A stretch of DNA of 31,866 nucleotides from a virus (taxonomy: Duplodnaviria; Caudoviricetes), in the IMG/VR virus record IMGVR_UViG_3300046011_011201, positions 1 through 31,866 of that record, one strand, 5' to 3'. Under the pieces are notes generated by a model. The model worked only from the letters and a program-made list of their open reading frames with translations. It made no database searches and was not told where the DNA came from. Positions 28,724 through 31,866 of this stretch are shown here, piece after piece. The position numbers and the translations under genes are program-made. Position 1 is the first letter of the stretch. Each line of letters starts with the position of its first letter.

Positions 28724-29821
28724 ATGAAAATATTAAAATTAAAACAAAAAGAAAAATCTAATATTTCCGAATATGTAAATCAAGAAATATTAAATCCTTT
28801 AATTTTTGATAAAACCACAATTAAGCCTAAAGTTAAAAATGTTTTAATTAAAATAGCTGAATATTTCTGGAAAGAACTAGAAATGCCATACCCATATAAA
28901 GATATAATCCTATTAGGCAGTTCAGCAAATTATAATTGGACCCAATATTCTGATATTGATCTTCATATTTTAGTAGATTTAAACAAATACTCAGACCCTG
29001 ATTTAGTTAAAAAATATTTTAATGAAGTTAAAAACAATTGGAATAAAAATCATAAATTAAAAATAAATAATAGCAATATTGAATTATATATTCAAGATAT
29101 AAATGAACCTAATGCATCTCAAGGAATTTATTCTTTATTAAAAGATAAATGGATTAAACTACCAACATACGAAAAAATTGAAATTCCTGATTCTGAAATT
29201 AATAAAAAAGCAGATTCATATAAAAAAGAAATTGATAATTTAATAAATAATCCTGATTTAGAAAAAATAAAAAAATTAGTACAACATTTAAAAAATTTAC
29301 GTAAAACAGGATTAGAAAAAGAAGGAGAATATTCTATTGAAAATTTAGCTTTTAAAGAACTAAGAAATTCAGGATATATAGAAAAACTACTTACTTTAAA
29401 AAATAAAATAGTAGATCAAGAACTATTATCTTCTACCACAATAACAAAAGATTCTAACATACAAGAAAAAAAAGAAAAACGTGATCGTTGTCTTCGTATA
29501 GCAGATCGTAAATACGACAAACCTTCCGCTTATAAATCAGGTGCTGTAGTTAGATGTCGTAAAGGTAAAATTTGGAAAGGCATAAGTGAAGAATTAATTC
29601 GAGAAAAAGCCAAAGAAACATTACGTACTTGGTTCAAACGTAAAGGACCTAAAGGTAAAGAAGGTGGATGGGTAGATTGTAATGCACCTGATGGAGATGG
29701 AGGTTATAAAGCATGTGGTAGAAAAGAAGGAGAAAAACGCTCCAAATACCCAGCATGTCGTCCAACACCTGCTCAATGTAAAACACCTGGTAAAGGTAAA
29801 AAATGGGGAAAAACAAAATGA
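28724..29821 (+). CDS. Pol-beta superfamily nucleotidyltransferase fused to basic Cys-containing C-terminal modules
   Basis: LLGSSANYNWTQYSDIDLHILVD and IELYIQD; C-terminal PSAYKSG...LRTWFK..WVDC..CGR...YPACRP. Confidence 0.75.
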   Translation: MKILKLKQKEKSNISEYVNQEILNPLIFDKTTIKPKVKNVLIKIAEYFWKELEMPYPYKDIILLGSSANYNWTQYSDIDLHILVDLNKYSDPDLVKKYFNEVKNNWNKNHKLKINNSNIELYIQDINEPNASQGIYSLLKDKWIKLPTYEKIEIPDSEINKKADSYKKEIDNLINNPDLEKIKKLVQHLKNLRKTGLEKEGEYSIENLAFKELRNSGYIEKLLTLKNKIVDQELLSSTTITKDSNIQEKKEKRDRCLRIADRKYDKPSAYKSGAVVRCRKGKIWKGISEELIREKAKETLRTWFKRKGPKGKEGGWVDCNAPDGDGGYKACGRKEGEKRSKYPACRPTPAQCKTPGKGKKWGKTK

Positions 29822-30246
29822 TTAAATTAATAGATATATTACTTGAAAGAGACCCCAAAACTGGTACTGGTAAAAAACCTAAAGGATCAGATCGTCGTTT
29901 ATACACAGATGAAGATCCAACTGATACAGTACGTATAAAATTTAAAACTGTTCAAGATATAAAAGATACATTATCTAAAACATCATTTAAATCTAAATCA
30001 CATGCTCGCCAGTCACAAATAATTAATTTAATTCATCAACGTGTTAGAGCAGCATATCAAAATGCTAAAGATCCTGAAGCAAAAGCCCGTTTGAAAAAAG
30101 GATTAGAATATATTACTGCAAAAAAAGAAGCATCTAAAGAAAAAACAGAACGTTTACGTAAATTAAAAGAAACAACAAACCCACAATCAGGTAAAGCAGC
30201 ACCATATGGTTCTGGTTATGCTCCTGTTAAAAATGTAAAAAAATGA
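29818..30246 (+). CDS. basic hypothetical protein with MIKLIDILLE leader
   Basis: Start at 29818 gives ATGA coupling and the shared leader; DPKTGTGKKPKGSDRRLYTDEDP motif; tail GKAAPYGSGY. Confidence 0.75.
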   Translation: MIKLIDILLERDPKTGTGKKPKGSDRRLYTDEDPTDTVRIKFKTVQDIKDTLSKTSFKSKSHARQSQIINLIHQRVRAAYQNAKDPEAKARLKKGLEYITAKKEASKEKTERLRKLKETTNPQSGKAAPYGSGYAPVKNVKK

Positions 30247-30563
30247 TAAAATTACTTCAACTACTAACTGAAGCTAAAGAAAGCTTTGAACAATTTGCTA
30301 AAAACCGTTTAGCAGGTGCTGAAAAAATTATAGCTAATGCTAAAGAAAAAGGTGGAGATGCTTTACTAACATACACTCACTTTAACGTAAAACCATCTTA
30401 TTATAAAAAAGCAATAAATGGTAAATTTGATAAAGAAGCTGCTAAAAAAGAATTTAACGAAACATATAAAAAAATATCATTAGATATGACCCAAACTGAA
30501 TTTCAAAGAGAAGTTGGTCGTTTAGAGGTATTAGGTGAACTATTAATAAGAGAAAAAAAATAG
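30243..30563 (+). CDS. hypothetical protein with MIKLLQLLTE leader
   Basis: 106 aa, ATGA-coupled. Confidence 0.75.
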   Translation: MIKLLQLLTEAKESFEQFAKNRLAGAEKIIANAKEKGGDALLTYTHFNVKPSYYKKAINGKFDKEAAKKEFNETYKKISLDMTQTEFQREVGRLEVLGELLIREKK

Positions 30564-30564
30564 T

Positions 30565-31188
30565 ATGTTAAATAAAAATATCCCAAGTTTTAAAGCATTA
30601 GTTCGCAAATCATATTTTACCAAAAACCACAAAGATTCAGATGAGTTTTATAATGTGTATGTTTTTGGTATCCAATCGTGTGCTGGAGTTATATTAACCT
30701 TTCATGTTATGACAGATAATGGGATGGTTCGTTCTAGAGTTCCACTTTCTGAAATATATACAAAGATTCCAACAAAAGATATACCATTTAATTTTAAACA
30801 ACTTTGGGATTGTTTTAGCGAAAATGTTTCTATAATAGAATATAGTTTTTTAGCTTACCATAGAGCACAGGTTGTTTTAAGAGATGGAAGTAAAGTCTGG
30901 GGAACATATATGTTTACAGTAGATTGGTATAATAACCCATATAGTGATGAGCCAACAGATTACAAATGTGGCCATATTTTTGAATCAGATGAAGGATATT
31001 TAATGTGTATGCCTAATAATAGAATATTTTGGAAAGATTCAAATTGGGTAACTAAATCACTTCCACAAGATCTAAAACAATTTAAAGTAGACACTGAATT
31101 GCCATCAGTAGAAAACCAATCTGATAGATGGATAACTGAAGATGGAGATTCATTTTATTATAACATGAATGAAGTTAAAGAAAAATGA
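30565..31188 (+). CDS. hypothetical phage protein (QLWDCFS / PNNRI motifs)
   Basis: 207 aa, aromatic-rich beta protein: QLWDCFS, YMFTVDW, KCGH, PNNRIFW. Confidence 0.75.
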   Translation: MLNKNIPSFKALVRKSYFTKNHKDSDEFYNVYVFGIQSCAGVILTFHVMTDNGMVRSRVPLSEIYTKIPTKDIPFNFKQLWDCFSENVSIIEYSFLAYHRAQVVLRDGSKVWGTYMFTVDWYNNPYSDEPTDYKCGHIFESDEGYLMCMPNNRIFWKDSNWVTKSLPQDLKQFKVDTELPSVENQSDRWITEDGDSFYYNMNEVKEK

Positions 31189-31866
31189 TTAAACTTATAG
31201 ATATATTAAAAGAAATTACTACTAGAGAAAAATTAATTCAAAAAGAATTAGAATTATCTCAACTGCTTAAATTACAAAAAGATGCTTTTATTTCTTTAGG
31301 AAAAAAATACGGATGGAATAATAATAAATTAAAAGAATTTTATACTAAATTTCCTCAAATTTCTAAAATAAATATAGAAAAAATGGGATATGACGAATAT
31401 AATTCTTTTTCTTATTATGCTGAAAACTATTCTACTCAATTTAAAGAAACATTTCCTGAGTTATATAATAGTTATTTAAAAATCAAAAATCAATATGATA
31501 AAGCTATAGATGATATAAGAAATAAATATAAATCTGAATCTGATTATAAATTTGGTGATAAAGATATTAAATATGTATACCATTATACTACATTATCTAA
31601 TGCTAAACAAATATTAAAAAGTAATTCTATAAAAGGAGATGCTAAAAAATTAGGTAATTCCTTTATATCTGTGACAACTGATAAAGATCTACTTAAAAAT
31701 TTTAGTATAGATTTTAGTGGTGGAGATGGTAAAAGATCTAATTATTCTTTATTAGCATGTTTTGTGATAAATTTTGACAAAATTAAACAAGACGGATTTG
31801 AAATAGATTATGAACCTTCTGGAGCTGAATATGGAGAACAAGAAATAGAAATATTAAATAAAGATC
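31185..31866 (+). CDS. partial ADP-ribosyltransferase-fold protein with MIKLIDILKE leader (runs off the window)
   Basis: Not in the ORF track. Manual translation is open to the window end: MIKLIDILKE...YVYHYTT..NAKQILKSNSIKG...FISVTTD...EYGEQEIEI (H / S-x-T / E-x-E). Confidence 0.6.
   Translation, partial: MIKLIDILKEITTREKLIQKELELSQLLKLQKDAFISLGKKYGWNNNKLKEFYTKFPQISKINIEKMGYDEYNSFSYYAENYSTQFKETFPELYNSYLKIKNQYDKAIDDIRNKYKSESDYKFGDKDIKYVYHYTTLSNAKQILKSNSIKGDAKKLGNSFISVTTDKDLLKNFSIDFSGGDGKRSNYSLLACFVINFDKIKQDGFEIDYEPSGAEYGEQEIEILNKD

Noticed and set aside
29803-29817. Upstream ATG start (MGKNK) for the 147-aa ORF
   Set aside because: ATG 29818 gives ATGA coupling and places the shared MIKLIDILLE leader at the N-terminus.
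23989-29906. Minus-strand ORFs 23989-24189, 26882-27091 and 29649-29906
   Set aside because: All fully overlap motif-bearing plus-strand genes in a strictly co-oriented region.
1-31866. Stop-codon reassignment, tRNA genes, introns/inteins, DGR or rho-independent terminators
   Set aside because: Genes tile tightly in the standard code using TAA, TGA and TAG stops. Intergenic gaps are at most ~50 nt. No cloverleaf, intein motif, reverse transcriptase or GC hairpin plus U-tract was noticed by eye.

Overview
This is an AT-rich (roughly 25% GC), gene-dense segment of a large tailed-phage (myovirus-like) genome, with all credible genes on the + strand in the standard code. The host may be Bacteroidota, inferred from A-rich start contexts without Shine-Dalgarno sites and a TTTG-N20-TA promoter candidate. 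From left to right it holds: a gp55-like late sigma factor; a baseplate/tail block (Gp5-like spike, gp25-like and gp6/J-like wedges, large Ser/Gly-rich structural proteins); a GIY-YIG nuclease, DnaG-type primase and PD-(D/E)XK exonuclease; then a ~12 kb array of unrelated enzymes. The array includes three Pol-beta-type nucleotidyltransferases, a HIGH-type nucleotidyltransferase, a HExxH peptidase, a HAD phosphatase, a ferritin, a restriction-like nuclease and an ADP-ribosyltransferase-like protein. The main observation is that many array proteins share a ~10-residue N-terminal leader ending in (I/L)-x-E (MIKLIDILNE, MIKLIDILLE, MIKLLQLLTE, MIKLIDILKE), and the same tripeptide marks domain junctions in the multi-domain ORFs. 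This parallels the T4 capsid-targeting sequence and the gp21 prohead-protease site. It suggests a modular system of capsid-packaged, protease-processed cargo and polyproteins, expressed from a recurring (A)ATATTTAT(A) late-promoter-like motif. All family assignments are by eye from motifs; no searches were run.
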